64,000 bases of DNA. Source: Octopus sinensis. Its lineage: Eukaryota. The notes under the pieces are model-generated. The model was not told the origin of the DNA and ran no database searches. It worked only from the letters and a program-made list of their open reading frames with translations. Where the stretch lies: the NCBI RefSeq assembly GCF_006345805.1, contig NC_043002.1, forward strand, positions 97,526,001 to 97,590,000, written 5' to 3'. Shown in pieces: positions 1 to 12,115 of the stretch. Made by a program: the position numbers and the translations under genes. Within the stretch, counting starts at the first letter, position 1. Each line of letters opens with the position of its first letter.

Positions 1-177
1 CCCCACCTGCAAGGTCATGCGCTGTTTATCTTGATATGAGATCACCATATCGTGCACACATGGTTGTGATGCATGTGCCTGGTGTACCCTTATCAAACGG
101 GTAGTCATGATGGGTATACTGGGCTTCGTATTTTTTACCCCAGTGTCACTTTGATGGTATGCACTGCTCTCTCACTC
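1..177 (+). mobile_element. Probable LINE-type 3' end running into an (AAT)n tail
   Basis: Non-coding sequence ending directly in (AAT)n at 178-242; no coding motif seen; family not assigned. Confidence 0.35.
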
Positions 178-207
178 AATAATAATAATAATATAATAAT
201 AATAATA

Positions 208-242
<35 letters not shown>

Positions 243-243
<1 letters not shown>

Positions 244-1940
244 GCATAGCAAAGTGGAAAAAGTATGGTGTAGCGGAGGACAGAACTGACAGCATATGGA
301 AGAAGTTTAGGGACAATAGAAATCAGGAGAGGCTTCTTCCAAAGAGACTGCCTGTCCCCCACTGATCTTTGTACTGCGAATGATATCACTACCACTGATT
401 CTGAGGAAAGCAAATGCTGAGTATGTATTCAAAAGCCGCCAACAAAAAGTCAACCATTTGTTATTCATGGATGACCTCAAACTTTATGGTAAAGATGAAT
501 CCCAAGTCAGTTCCCTCGTTGATGCGGTGTATAACTTCAGTGCTGATATCGGAATGGAACTCGGACTGAGAAAGTGTGGTGTATTAGTCTTGAAGAGAGG
601 AAAAAATCAAATGTATGGACGGGCTAACGATACCGTCGGGGGAGGTTATGAAGCAGATAGAAGAGACGGGCTATAAGTACTTGAGGGTTTGGGAAATGGA
701 TAAATTAATGGAGAAAAAAATGACAGAAAAATTTAAGGTGGAGTACTTGCGCAGACTGAGACTGATGCTTAAGTCGAAATTAAACGGACGGAATAAGATT
801 AAAGCTATCAACACCTGGGCAGTTTCACTCCTCAGATATGGAGCAGGGGTAATCGCATGGATAGTAAACGAACTAAGCAGCTTAGAGAGAAAGACAAGGA
901 AGTTGCTGACTAGATATAGGTTACTCCACCAAAAAGTGACACAGACAGATTGTATGTACCAAAAAAAAAAGAGGGGGAAGAGGACTGATTGGATGCGAAC
1001 ACAGCATTAGAGCAGAAGAAAACAACATAGCATGGTACGTAAAAAATACCACCGAACCGCTATTATTGAAAGTAAAAAGGTCAGGCTTGTGTAAGTTGGA
1101 AGATTGCAAAGATAAAGTACTGTACAAGAAATTGAAAACGAATGAAACTGAAAGTAGGTGGATAAAGAAAAGAATGCATGGACAATTTCATTATGTTGAT
1201 GATAAGAGAGACAGAGAAAAAAGATGGCTGTGGATGACTAAAAGTGGTTTAAAACAGGAAACGGGGGCCCTAATCTGTGCTGCCCAAGCGCAATCATTAA
1301 GGACATCAAATACAGAATAGACAACACATCAGAAAGTGATAAGTGCAGAATTTGTGGACAAAATGGTGAAACCGTATCACATACTACCAGCCAATGTACG
1401 CCACTAGCCCTGAAAGAATATAAGAGACGTCACGTCAATATAGCAAGACTTGTCCATTGGACACTTTGCAACAAGTATGGACTTGACAGAACAAAAAAGT
1501 GGTAAGAACATAAACCCGAAGACATCATCAAAAATGATAATGCAAAGATCCTGTGGGATTTTATGATTCAGTGCGACCATGAGAGTGAGAATAGGAAGCC
1601 AGGCATAGTGCTAATTGAGAAAGAAAACAAACTATGCTGGATCATAGATATAGCATGCCCAGCTGACAACAAGTTATGTGATAAGAAATGTTGGTAGATA
1701 TAACAGGTTCGCTTGGAAGGTAAGGCAGTTGTGGTCGCTGAAAAGGTGGCAGTATTACTAATAATTGTCGGAGCCCTGGGAACAGTGGGTAAAAATCTTG
1801 AGAAGTACATAGAACAAATAGGGGCTGCAATGAAAACAGCACTGCTTGGACCTGCTCGAATACTAAGAGGTTTTACCTTAATGCACTGGTAGTGAACAGC
1901 TGACACCGTAGTACAACACCAGCGTTAGAAGCTGTGCAAA
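243..1940 (+). pseudogene. 5'-truncated, frameshifted R4/Dong-like non-LTR retrotransposon (RT, CCHC knuckle, restriction-like endonuclease)
   Basis: RT motifs GFFQRDCLSPLIF and NHLLFMDDLKLY, then NKIKAINTWAVSLLRYGAG. KCRICGQNGETVSH at about 1340-1385. KILWDFMIQCDHESENRKPGIVLIEK at about 1545-1625, then IIVGALG and KTALLG. Multiple stops and frameshifts. Confidence 0.9.
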
Positions 1941-1948
1941 GACAATTA

Positions 1949-2007
<59 letters not shown>

Positions 2008-3191
2008 TCTGGGTCAATGAAATAAATATCAGTTGAGCATTTGGGCCTATGTGACCGACTAGTTTCCTCCCCAAAAATGTTAGGCTTGTGCCTTAGTAGA
2101 AAAAATCTTATAATAATGCTGCTTGTCATTGCGTTATTTAGTCCGTTCATAACGCTTTCATGTGATTAGAGAAAAAGAGAGAGAAAGAAAAGAGAGAAAA
2201 AAACGGAGAGGGAAAAGAGGGAGAGAGAAGCTTCCGTGGCGTGAGGTAGAGGGAATGCAATTGTAACGCTTTCACGTGATAAGTTAATGGGAAATAGAGA
2301 ACAAGAGGAAGAGAGAAAAGAGAGAGAGAGAAAAAGAGGAGAATAAGGCGAAGAGTATGACAGAAAGAGAGAGAGAGAAAGAAAGAGATAGAAAAAGACG
2401 GAGAAAGACAAAGATGGAAAGAGAAGCACCCATGACGTGAGGAAGGGGGACGTAATATTTATTACGTGTTTTATAAAGTTAGTTGAAGGTAATGATATAG
2501 AGGAGAGCTTAAAAAATAATTGTAGCCAAGGGGTGATGTCTTGATGGTGTTGTTGAAGGAAGGCAGAGATGGTGAGATTAATGAATGGCAAAGAAAGGGA
2601 GAGAGATAGGAAGGAGAGAAAGACGAGGAGAGAGATGATGATGATGATGATAGTGATGGTGGTGCTGGTGCTGGAGATGGAGATGGAGTTGGTGGTGGAG
2701 GTTGTGGTGGTGAGCTGATAGTGAAAAGGGCATTTCTTTTAATTAAACTAAGTTTTTTTAATATCGCCTATCACTTAACGCATGCGCATAAGTGCAATTC
2801 CGAGAAATATTCACGCTTATTTACGTAGCAGATATATGCAGTTTAACTAAAGGTTGTATCATATGTACAGCGATATATTTTTTTTCTGTTTATGGGGAAA
2901 ATGGGAAAAATAAGAGTGAATATTTATTTTATGAGTACTGTATATTAAGTTTATAAAATTGTGCAGAAAGTATATAAAGTGTATACATAAGCTATCTTGA
3001 GTAATCATTGTATTCCAATTTCTTTCACTTTTCAATGAGTAGCAGACGAGCGACTATCTTTTCATACAGACACAACACAGGCTACGCTTTCAGACTTTTT
3101 TTTTTTATAAAGTTTTCAGAAATAACCCAAAAGGTTTACCCTTAATTCCGTGAAACATTCATGGGTCCCACTTGTTATTATTATCATTGTT

Positions 3192-3400
3192 AAGGAGGCG
3201 AGCTTGCAGAATCGTTAGCACGCCGGGCGAAAGGCGTAGCGGCATTTCGTTTGTCTTTACGCACTGAGTGCAAATTCCACCGAGGTCAAGTTTACTTTTC
3301 AATCTTTTGAGTTCGATAAAATAAGTAACATTTGAACACTGGAATCGATGTAATCGATTTACTCTCTTCCTTAAAACTGCTGGACTTGACCCCAAATCTG
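3192..3400 (+). mobile_element. tRNA-derived SINE, family C (aggcggcgagctggcagaatcgttagcacgccggg...)
   Basis: Aligns by eye with more than 10 other copies in the window (e.g. 14737, 15990, 19013, 20906, 41830, 61205). Confidence 0.75.
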
Positions 3401-3769
3401 AAACCATTATCATTGTTATTGTTGTTGTTGTTGTGTTGTTGTTGTTGTTGTTCTTCTTCTTCTTCTTCTTCTTCTTCTTCTTCTTCTTCTTCCAATCAGG
3501 ACTCACGTCATTAGCCACAAAGAATAATCTTTAATTCGAGCCTCGTCTAAGCTACTAAGAATGCATGTGGCAACTTGAAGATCTACCCACCACACGCGAT
3601 AGACTGGCGGTTGCACAGGCGCGAAAGCTACGTTGTTATCCTCATTCCGTAAACGGTGGCTTTTAACGGGTGGAGAGCTGAACCATCCTGGGGTACAGAA
3701 GATTCGCAATCTAGACTAGGGTCTGAAAGTTTACCACACCATAGTGGGTTACACCATGGTTTTCTCTGC

Positions 3770-3931
3770 TTTGTGGCAGAAGTAGGAAGAAAGAGTGAGA
3801 GAAAGTTGTGGTGAAAGAGTACAGCGGGGTTCATCACCACCCTCCTCGCCGGAGCCTCGTGGTCTGAGAATCGAAACCGCGTTCCTACGACCGCGAGTCC
3901 GCTGCCCTAACCACTAGGCCATTGCGCCTCC
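3770..3931 (-). mobile_element. SINE family B, 5' part
   Basis: Reverse complement of ggaggcgcaatggcc.agtggttagggcagcggactcgcgg, matching the 14321 copy. Confidence 0.75.
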
Positions 3932-4659
3932 ACTGCTGTTGTTGCTGTTGTTGCTACTGCTGCTGTTATTGTTATATAGCAAGCCCAATATTAGCACGAA
4001 CATATATAACAATAATAATGTCTATAAGTGTAACAGCAGAATTGATAACAACAAAGGCAGAGATGAAAAATAGATACAGCGGACATATTTGAATATGTAG
4101 AGAAACCTTGAAATCACTTGATATACTAAGAATGTACTTAGAATATAGTGAGATCGATGAGGTGTTCACGTTCACCACAACTCCGACCGAAACCAAAACA
4201 AGTAATTAAAGTACCAAAAAGACGGAGGAGGCTGTATATAAAGATAATGAAGATTGTGAAGATAATGACGATGGGGAAGAAAAATGATGCGAGAAAGAGG
4301 TAAAGGAAGAGAACTGCTTTTCGTGTTATTTGATAATATCGGAGATAGAGCTACTCTGGAGAATAAATGTACATTGCTGCTTTTCTTTAATAATATCTAA
4401 AATTATATTTAATGACTATATCTTGAAGAACTAATGGAGATAGCTAGGTTTTAGAGTAATAGAGGCCATTGTAGTAGCGATAGAATAGTGAGAGATGAAA
4501 AACAGTACGTCTGCGTTTAGTAATTGAAGCCTGTTGAGAGATTGAATCTTTGATAATTGCAAGAATTGTATTGCTTTGAATGTGATTTACGATGTAGCAG
4601 CAGCTTCGTTCCCTACATGAGAGCAGTACTACAACGTTGATTTTGCTTCACTGTATAGG

Positions 4660-4863
4660 GTTACTTACTCTTTTACTCTTTTACTTGTTTCAGTCATTTG
4701 ACTGCGGCCATGCTGGAGCACCGCCTTTAAGTCGAGCAACTCGACCCCGGGACTTATTCTTTGTAAGCCCAGTACTTATTCTATCGGTCTCTTTTGCCGA
4801 ACCGCTAAGTTACGGAGACATAAACACACCAGCATCGGTTGTCAAGCAATGCTAGGGGGACAA

Positions 4864-4901
<38 letters not shown>

Positions 4902-5086
4902 ATATATATATACATATATACGACAGGCTTCTTTCAGTTTCCGTCTACCAAATCCACTCACAAGGCATTGGTCGGTCCGGGGCTATAGCAGAAGACACTT
5001 GCCCAAGATGCCATGCAGTGGGACTGAACCCGGAACCATGTGGTTGGTTAGCAAGCTACTTACCACACAGCCACTCCTGCGCCTAT
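4660..5086 (-). mobile_element. SINE family A, full length (ataggcgcaggagtggctgtgtggtaag... internal TA/TG microsatellite ...gagtaaaagagtaa tail)
   Basis: Near-identical to copies at 15266, 19754, 26542, 39841 and 45710. Confidence 0.9.
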
Positions 5087-5360
5087 ACTGACAAGGGTTA
5101 AAATAGTTTCCTGACCCTAAAAAAGAATCCTCCTTTATATGCCCTTATAATCCTGTTATATATATGTGTGTGTGCGTGTGTGTGTTTGTATGTGTGTGTA
5201 TGTATATATATATGTATATATATACGTATTTCAAAATAGAAAATTACCCTTTAACAGGTAATTTTACATGCTAGAAATAGCAGCCAACACGGCCAAAAAC
5301 CACAATTTTATAGTAAATTTCGAAGTAAATGAAAAATAAAAACCTTTACCTTGTTATATA

Positions 5361-5471
5361 CGGTTATACCATGGTTTCGGATTTCTTTAGCAAATAATAT
5401 CGATTGCTATCTTTTAATAGATAATTTAGCAAGACCATATTATCTACCAGGCGAATCCTCATCAGTAACCG
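5361..5471 (-). ncRNA. Type-I hammerhead ribozyme with extended stem II
   Basis: Minus strand reads CGGUUA-CUGAUGA-GGAUU-(70 nt)-AAUCC-GAAA-CCAUGG-UA-UAACCG. All core nucleotides and stems I, II and III are present. Confidence 0.8.
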
Positions 5472-5631
5472 GCCTAAACAACTAACTTATAATTCAGAGA
5501 CAAGATAACACGTGCCCCTTCATTATATGCTATAATTTTTCAAATATTGCACGCAGGCGTATTTACAGTCAGCAATAGATACAATGCCGAGCTGAAACAT
5601 CGAGAATGCTAAGAACATATTCATAAGGAAC

Positions 5632-5696
<65 letters not shown>

Positions 5697-5719
5697 ATGT
5701 TACATTACTCGGTAGTCAA

Positions 5720-5780
5720 GATAAAACTCTGAGTTTCAGATGCCGAAGTGGAAATCCACAACACCATCTCTTCGGTTATC
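5720..5780 (-). ncRNA. Degenerate hammerhead-like motif (same family as 23392-23452)
   Basis: GAUAA-CCGAAGA-GAUG...CAUC-U-GAAA-CUCAGAG-UU-UUAUC; U4 is changed to C and there is an extra base before GAAA. Confidence 0.5.
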
Positions 5781-6460
5781 TGGCTATTTGAAAACGTTAT
5801 GAAAAAATACCGTTAAAAATGAAGGGAAATTACTCTGTTATAACTCTGCTTTGCCTGCGTACTTATACATCGCTCGCATTTTTCGTCATAAAAATTATAT
5901 AAAAATACATAAAAATATATAAAAATATATAAAAATATATAAAATCTTCTTGGGACATAACACAGAAAGCATGTTCTATCCGTTTTCTTTAGGGGACCAA
6001 AAACGTAACAGAAATTTAGTCACATGTGGGCATGATCCGAAAAGCTCTGTCCTTGTATTTAGACATGTGGTAGGGTCTAAGCTGCTTTTCCAGATAAGCC
6101 ATCTCTCCATGTCGCATAAACCGCACCTGAACGCTGTACATATAATGTGATATCAAATTTAAGAATATGGATAGAGTTGAGATGCTTGAATATTTCCACT
6201 TTACTCATGCTATTTTTATTGTGTTTGTATGTATTTATGTGATGTGTATATGTGTGTGTGAGAGAGAGAGATTTGTTGTATAAGGCCGGAACATGCGAGG
6301 TGGTACTGGATAAACTTCAAAAAGAAAAAAAAAGCATAGTTGTAGTCTGACCTTTATATCTCAATATTTCAGAGTTATGTCCCTTCTTCGGGACATTGGA
6401 AAAGGTCGTTGCACACAATGCTTCCTATATATATACATATATATATATTTAAAAAAAAAA

Positions 6461-6777
6461 GGAGCACTCCGTCGGTTACGACGACGAGGGTCCCAGTAGA
6501 TACGATCAACGGAACAGCCTGCTCGTAAAATTAACGTGCAAGTGGTTGAGCACTCCACAGACACGTGTACCCAGAACGTGGTTCTCAGGGAGATTCAGCG
6601 TGACACAGAGTGTGACAATGCCAGCCCTTTGAAATACAGGTACAACTCATTCTTGCCAGCTGAGTGGACTGGAGCAACGTAAAATAAAGTGTCTTGCTCA
6701 AGGACACAACGCGACGCCGTGAATCGAACTCACAATCGTGAGCCGAATGCCCTAACGACTAAGCCACGCGCCTTCAC
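6461..6777 (-). mobile_element. SINE family D (tRNA head, tgtgtccttgagcaagacac body, 3' tail shared with family B)
   Basis: The tail from ...gacggagtgctcc matches the family B tail at about 14520-14704; the head and body differ. Confidence 0.75.
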
Positions 6778-6778
6778 A

Positions 6779-6869
<91 letters not shown>

Positions 6870-6870
<1 letters not shown>

Positions 6871-7249
6871 TAGCAGTATCGCCCGGCGTTGCTCGGGTTT
6901 GTAGGGGAAATAACTATATAAGCATTTTTAGAGAGTTATAGCCAAAATATACCAAAAAAATGGATTAAAAATGGAAAAAAAAATATGGTAATTTTTTTTT
7001 AAATCGTTGACTCAGAGTTACTTCCCTTTATATAATAGCGAAAAATGCATTAAAATGGAAAAAAATTATGGTAAATTATTTTTAAAATCGTAGACTCATC
7101 GTAGACGCGCGCTAATACCCAGAAGGGCTCGATATGAATCACGACTATAAGATACCCGCTTTTGGTTACACTGCACCGCAAAATGTGGGAGTAGTTAGGA
7201 ATCTAAATCGTAGGAGACAGACACACAACTTGACTTTTATATATAAAGA
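6870..7249 (-). mobile_element. Non-autonomous Helitron, complete
   Basis: Minus strand starts TC (after A) and ends in the hairpin CCCGAGCAACGCCGGG plus CTAG (before T). Second copy at 12668. Confidence 0.85.
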
Positions 7250-8015
7250 TATATGTTGCTTTAATCACAGTAACCTATACGTGAATGACGATATAAGAAA
7301 TTTAGAAATATAAGCAACCACAAAACCACGGCTTAAGATATTAGAGGTGAAACGCGTGTATGAAACATATAATGTGTTGCATGCGTTGCATTTGTTCGTC
7401 TGCTCTGTATGTTATGCAAGAAGGAACGTCTCTATTCATTTTTTTTTCTTCTTCTTAAACATGAATTAGTTCAACAAACTATCAACTGCTGGTTAGAAAT
7501 GTAACTATTAATTCAAATTATAACGATGGTTGTTTGAAAATATGTGAATTATATAAAGAAGAAAAAAAACTATTGAAATATTTAACAAAAGAGCTTCATG
7601 ATTTCGAGAACGGCTCGTTGTACGTTTTGTTTTTTATCCGTTTATTATTCGTTTATTTTACTTTTTTTTTTTTGGTTTGAAAATCATTCTTTTTATCCTT
7701 GATCAGCTTCAAATATGATTGGTTCCAAATATAATTTGTTGCTAATGTAATTTGTAGCCCAAATCCATTTTCTTTTCACTTCTTACGTGACTTTTAGAAT
7801 AATTTTAATTTAAAATATTGTAAGGAAAAGAAGCAAAATTTTAAAAATTCGTTACTTTATCATTCGAATCTTTGGGTGTTCGAAATATTTTCTGCATGCT
7901 AAAATACTCTTTCAAGTCTTGAAAGATGCTTCGAAATATTTTTTCTATATACTTTTGTTTCATGGCTATCATGTGTTTGTAATCCAGCTTTCATATCAAT
8001 AAATAATAATAACAA

Positions 8016-8023
8016 CAACAACA

Positions 8024-8080
<57 letters not shown>

Positions 8081-8104
8081 TTAATAATAATAATAATAAT
8101 AATA

Positions 8105-8146
<42 letters not shown>

Positions 8147-8149
8147 ATT
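8016..8149. repeat. Head-to-head (AAT)n/(ATT)n microsatellite (self-complementary)
   Basis: (AAT)n switches to (ATT)n at about 8105. Confidence 0.9.
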
Positions 8150-8395
8150 AAGTCATAGAAGCGAGACGGCCAGATATCGTGATCATCCATAAAGATGAAA
8201 AAGAAGTAAAGATAAAAGATGTTGTAATACCAGGCGGTTCGAGGGTGAAATGTAAGGAAACAGAAAAGATTGAGAAATACCAGCCACTGCGGGACGCGAT
8301 AGGAAATTTATGGGGCATGAGGAAAGTAATAGTGATACCGGTGATAATTGGAGCATTAGGAGCAGTTTCCAAGGGCTACTGGATTTATTGGCTCT
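8150..8395 (+). pseudogene. Restriction-like endonuclease fragment of an R4/Dong-like LINE
   Basis: VIEARRPDIVIIHKDEKEVKIKDVVIPG...EKIEKYQPLRDAIGNLWGMRKVIVIPVIIGALGAVSK. Confidence 0.85.
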
Positions 8396-8398
8396 CTG

Positions 8399-8590
8399 AA
8401 GACCACAGGTGACTGGGGCCAAAGGTGTCTGGGACCAAAGGTGTCTGGGACCAAAGGTGTCTGGAACCAAAGGTGTCTGGGACCGAAGGTGTCTGGGACC
8501 AAAGGTGTCTGGGACCAAAGGTGTCTGGGACCAAAGGTGTCTGGGACCAAAGGTGTCTGGGACCAAAGGTGTCTGGGACCAAAGGTGTCT
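8399..8590. repeat. 16-bp minisatellite (gggaccaaaggtgtct), 11 copies plus 1 degenerate
   Basis: Counted directly: 8415-8590 is 11 units, and 8399-8414 is a diverged unit. Confidence 0.95.
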
Positions 8591-8886
8591 AGGATTGCTA
8601 TTTGTCTTTTTTAAGATTCTTAGTGTGGAAAGCATTTGAATCGCGAAGACCCGAATGTTGCCTCCTAAAACGAATACTCCGTAAAGACGGCTTGACTTCA
8701 ATTCCAGATACTTTTCTGCCTGTGAATACTTGTAACGTCTTCAGTAGGGTTTGTTTGCCCAAGTTCAGACTTCTTAGTCAAACAAGATCTCATGACACCA
8801 TTTGCAAAAAAACGGCCATCTTCTATAAAAGTAGCTATCACCACATACATGTGTGCGTGTATGTTTATGTGTGCGTATATATATAT

Positions 8887-8928
<42 letters not shown>

Positions 8929-9773
8929 GTACATGTATAGATGTGTGCGTGCGTGTTCCTGTCCACCTACCTATGAATCTGACTATATCTATCTATATAT
9001 CTATGTGGCCTCTTTTTAACGCCTTCTTTCTTTCTCTCAATATATCCGTTCCAGCTCCTGTTCTTTCTCTGCCTCTCTCACATTATCTCTTTTATAAACA
9101 CGTTGAAATATGTATGAGATTTATATCGCCGCATAATCAATCAATTTATATATAATCAATTTATATAATCGTATAATCAATCTATTTCATCTCTCCGACA
9201 CTCAGTAGCTATATCGAAGCAATGATGCGGCAATAATGCGGTGGTTAGACTTGTGAAAAGCACTCGACAAAATACTTCTCAAATAATTTTTTCAACCAAT
9301 AATTCACCCTTGAATATTTCGTTATTTCTTTCAGATATTTCGAATCTAGGACTACATTATCTAACATGACCTTTCCTTTTTAAGACTGTGGAGTGTGTTT
9401 TAAATTAAGTTTGGTTGTTCTCTCTAACATATGGAATGGATGAGTGGAGACTCGCCGACAATTTGCTACAATTCATTCTCCTGCCCACTCTTTTTTAAAC
9501 TAACCTCCTTATTATCATAGTAAATACCTCATGCAGAGCTGACATCACGGTTACTTACTCTTACTAAACCTCATACACACCTACAAACTGCCCCAGCTTT
9601 ACATTAACCACACAGAAATCTGATTCAAAACTGAGCATTTACAGTTCCCGAATCTAGTCTCCCTACCAGCACTAAATAAGAATAAATGCAACTAAACATA
9701 CGATAAACAACATAAAAAGAAGATAGAACTATGAATCACGTACAATAACTTCATAACATTTATAACGTACATG

Positions 9774-9809
<36 letters not shown>

Positions 9810-10194
9810 CTTTATTGCCCACATGGGGCTAAACATAGAGGGGACAAACATGGGCAGAGAAAGGGGTTAAGTCGATTATAACGAACCACCCATGTTTCCA
9901 AAGGTGAATTATTCAAACCCCAAAGAATCCCTCTCAACACATGGCTATGATGCTCCCCCACTACTTCTGCCCTTGATCAGAGATGCACATATCGTCAGCC
10001 ACTAAGGGACATGCTCAACTGGTTAAGGTCAAACAACTGACAAGTAAATGTGTGGTATTGAGCAGAACATTTGCTGTAGCCCATCTTTTATACCAAGACA
10101 AAACAATGTACATGATAACACTTCCAATCAGTTAAGATCAGAAGCCATGAGAGCCACTGCCTGGTACTGCATCGGGGTATTTATTATTATTATT

Positions 10195-10640
10195 CTTGTT
10201 GTTGTTGTTGCTTTTGTTGTCGTTTAGGTTCGTTGGTGCCTTTAAGTGGCACATCGCGCAGTCAGTGATCTCCAATTATCTCCGTCTCTGGCTAACTGGT
10301 ATGCTTCTTCCCGAGTGATGCTCAGTCTGCGTAGGTCTGTCTTCTTTGAGGGTACTACGCCTTGTCTTCCTTGGGCGGTTTCTTCTCTTACCTTCCAGAG
10401 GCATTCCAGCCCATAGCCGGTTTGACAAGCCTCTTCTCTGACAGCGAACGCGCTAACGGTTCTGTCCGGCCATTCTCATTCTTCGTTCAGTTACAATTGC
10501 ATGCAAGGGCCCTACTCTTGCTGCCTGAGAGTGGCTTCATTTGTCACTCTGTCTCGATAAGTGACTCTTAAGATCTTTCTGAGACACCACTGATGAAATA
10601 CGTCGAGATGTTTGCTGTCATCTTCCACATGTCAACTGCA
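10195..10640 (-). pseudogene. RTE-like LINE 3' end with (caa)n tail
   Basis: Minus strand gives ...LRRLSITREEAYQLARDGDNWRSLTARCAT*, similar to RTE RT C-termini, followed by an acaaca tail. Confidence 0.7.
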
Positions 10641-10704
10641 CAGATCGCTATTGGAAGTATTACTGTTTTATGCAGACGAGGCTGAACCATAAAATATCAT
10701 ATCG

Positions 10705-10768
<64 letters not shown>

Positions 10769-10867
10769 CAGATAGACAGAGAGACAGATAGACAGACGGA
10801 CGGACGGTCGGGTGGACAGACAGACAGGCAGGTAAGAAAACAGACAGACAGACAGGCAGAGAGAGAA

Positions 10868-10908
<41 letters not shown>

Positions 10909-11090
10909 TAACTTTCATTATTGGCCACACAATTGATAGATTATATATATTTCCGTTCATATACCAATTAATTAATATTAATTAAATTATCCAAAAATAC
11001 ATTCTTACAAGTTGATTCAAAATATTCTACTACCCAAATTACATTATTGCATACCGGTTTCACTTCTTATGATAAATAACCATTGTAACG

Positions 11091-12115
11091 TATGAGGTTA
11101 TCCTAGAAGTTCTGTCCGAATTTTGAATAAAGAAAACAAGTGATCAAATGTTATATTTAATTGAAATTTAATTATCAATGTACTTTCCCTGATTATCTAT
11201 GACTTACTTCCATCTATTTACAAGCTTTTTAATCCCATCAATGTAAAACTCTTTTGGTTGCAAAGCGAAGAACTCTGAAATATCAGGTTCGACCTCCTCC
11301 TGGCTTGCGAAAGTTGTGTCCCCCTAATAATTCTGTAAACTATGAAATAAATGGTATCCTGAAGGAGTAAGGTCGGGAGAATAAGTTGGATGAAGAATTT
11401 TTTTCCAAACAGACCTCTTCGATCTTCTGTGATGTGATCTTTGCAGTGTGGGGTCGCGCATTGTCCTGCTGAAACATCACACGTTTCGACTCACTAAAGC
11501 GGGTATTTTTTCCTTCAACGCTTGGTTCAAACGCTCTAATTGCTGACAGTAGACTTGAGCATTGATTGTTGCATTAAGTGGTAACAATATAAAGTGAATC
11601 ACTCCTTTGCAATCGCACCAGATATAGAGAAGACTTTTTCCCATGAAGTTCCTTTTTCGGTTGTGGTTGAGCTTTTTCCCTTTTACCAAGCCACTGTTTA
11701 CAACGTTTAACATTTCGATAGAAGATCCATTTTTCGTCACCAGTCACAAGTCTATCCAAAAAGGGTGAAATGAGTTCGAGAGCATGGAGAGAAGAACAGA
11801 TGTCAACTCGGGATTTGCGGTTGCTTGCGGACAATTCATGAGGTACCCATTTTCCAAGTTTAGGAATCTTTCCAAGTTGTTGACGATGACGATGAACTGA
11901 TGTATGGTTTGAACTAAGTTTTATTGCCAATTCTTCAACTGACAATGCAGGATTTTCTTCAAGTAATTCCTCAAGAAGCTTATCATCAAACTCAACTGGA
12001 TGTCCTGTTCGATCTTCATCTTCAAGGCTGAAATATCCACTTCTGAATTTTGCAAACCATCTTCTGACAGTTCTTTCATTCAAACATTCTTTCTCATAAA
12101 CTGAGTATATGTTTA
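11091..12115 (-). mobile_element. Degenerate mariner transposon, 5'-truncated
   Basis: NERTVRRWFAKFRSG...GKWVPHELS...LDRLVTGDEKWIFY (first catalytic D). Frameshifted C-terminus ends at about 11168; TIR-like tatgaggttatcc at 11091. Confidence 0.93.

Noticed and set aside
2166-2640. 141-aa S/L/F-rich ORF
   Set aside because: Translation of a GA-rich low-complexity tract.
8399-8590. Possible CRISPR array (also 43560-43655 and 38575-38678)
   Set aside because: Units are contiguous with no unique spacers, there are no cas genes, and the context is eukaryotic.
8183-8701. 172-aa ORF with repeated PDTFGPRHLWSQTPLV
   Set aside because: Read-through of the 16-bp minisatellite; the same peptide appears in all frames.
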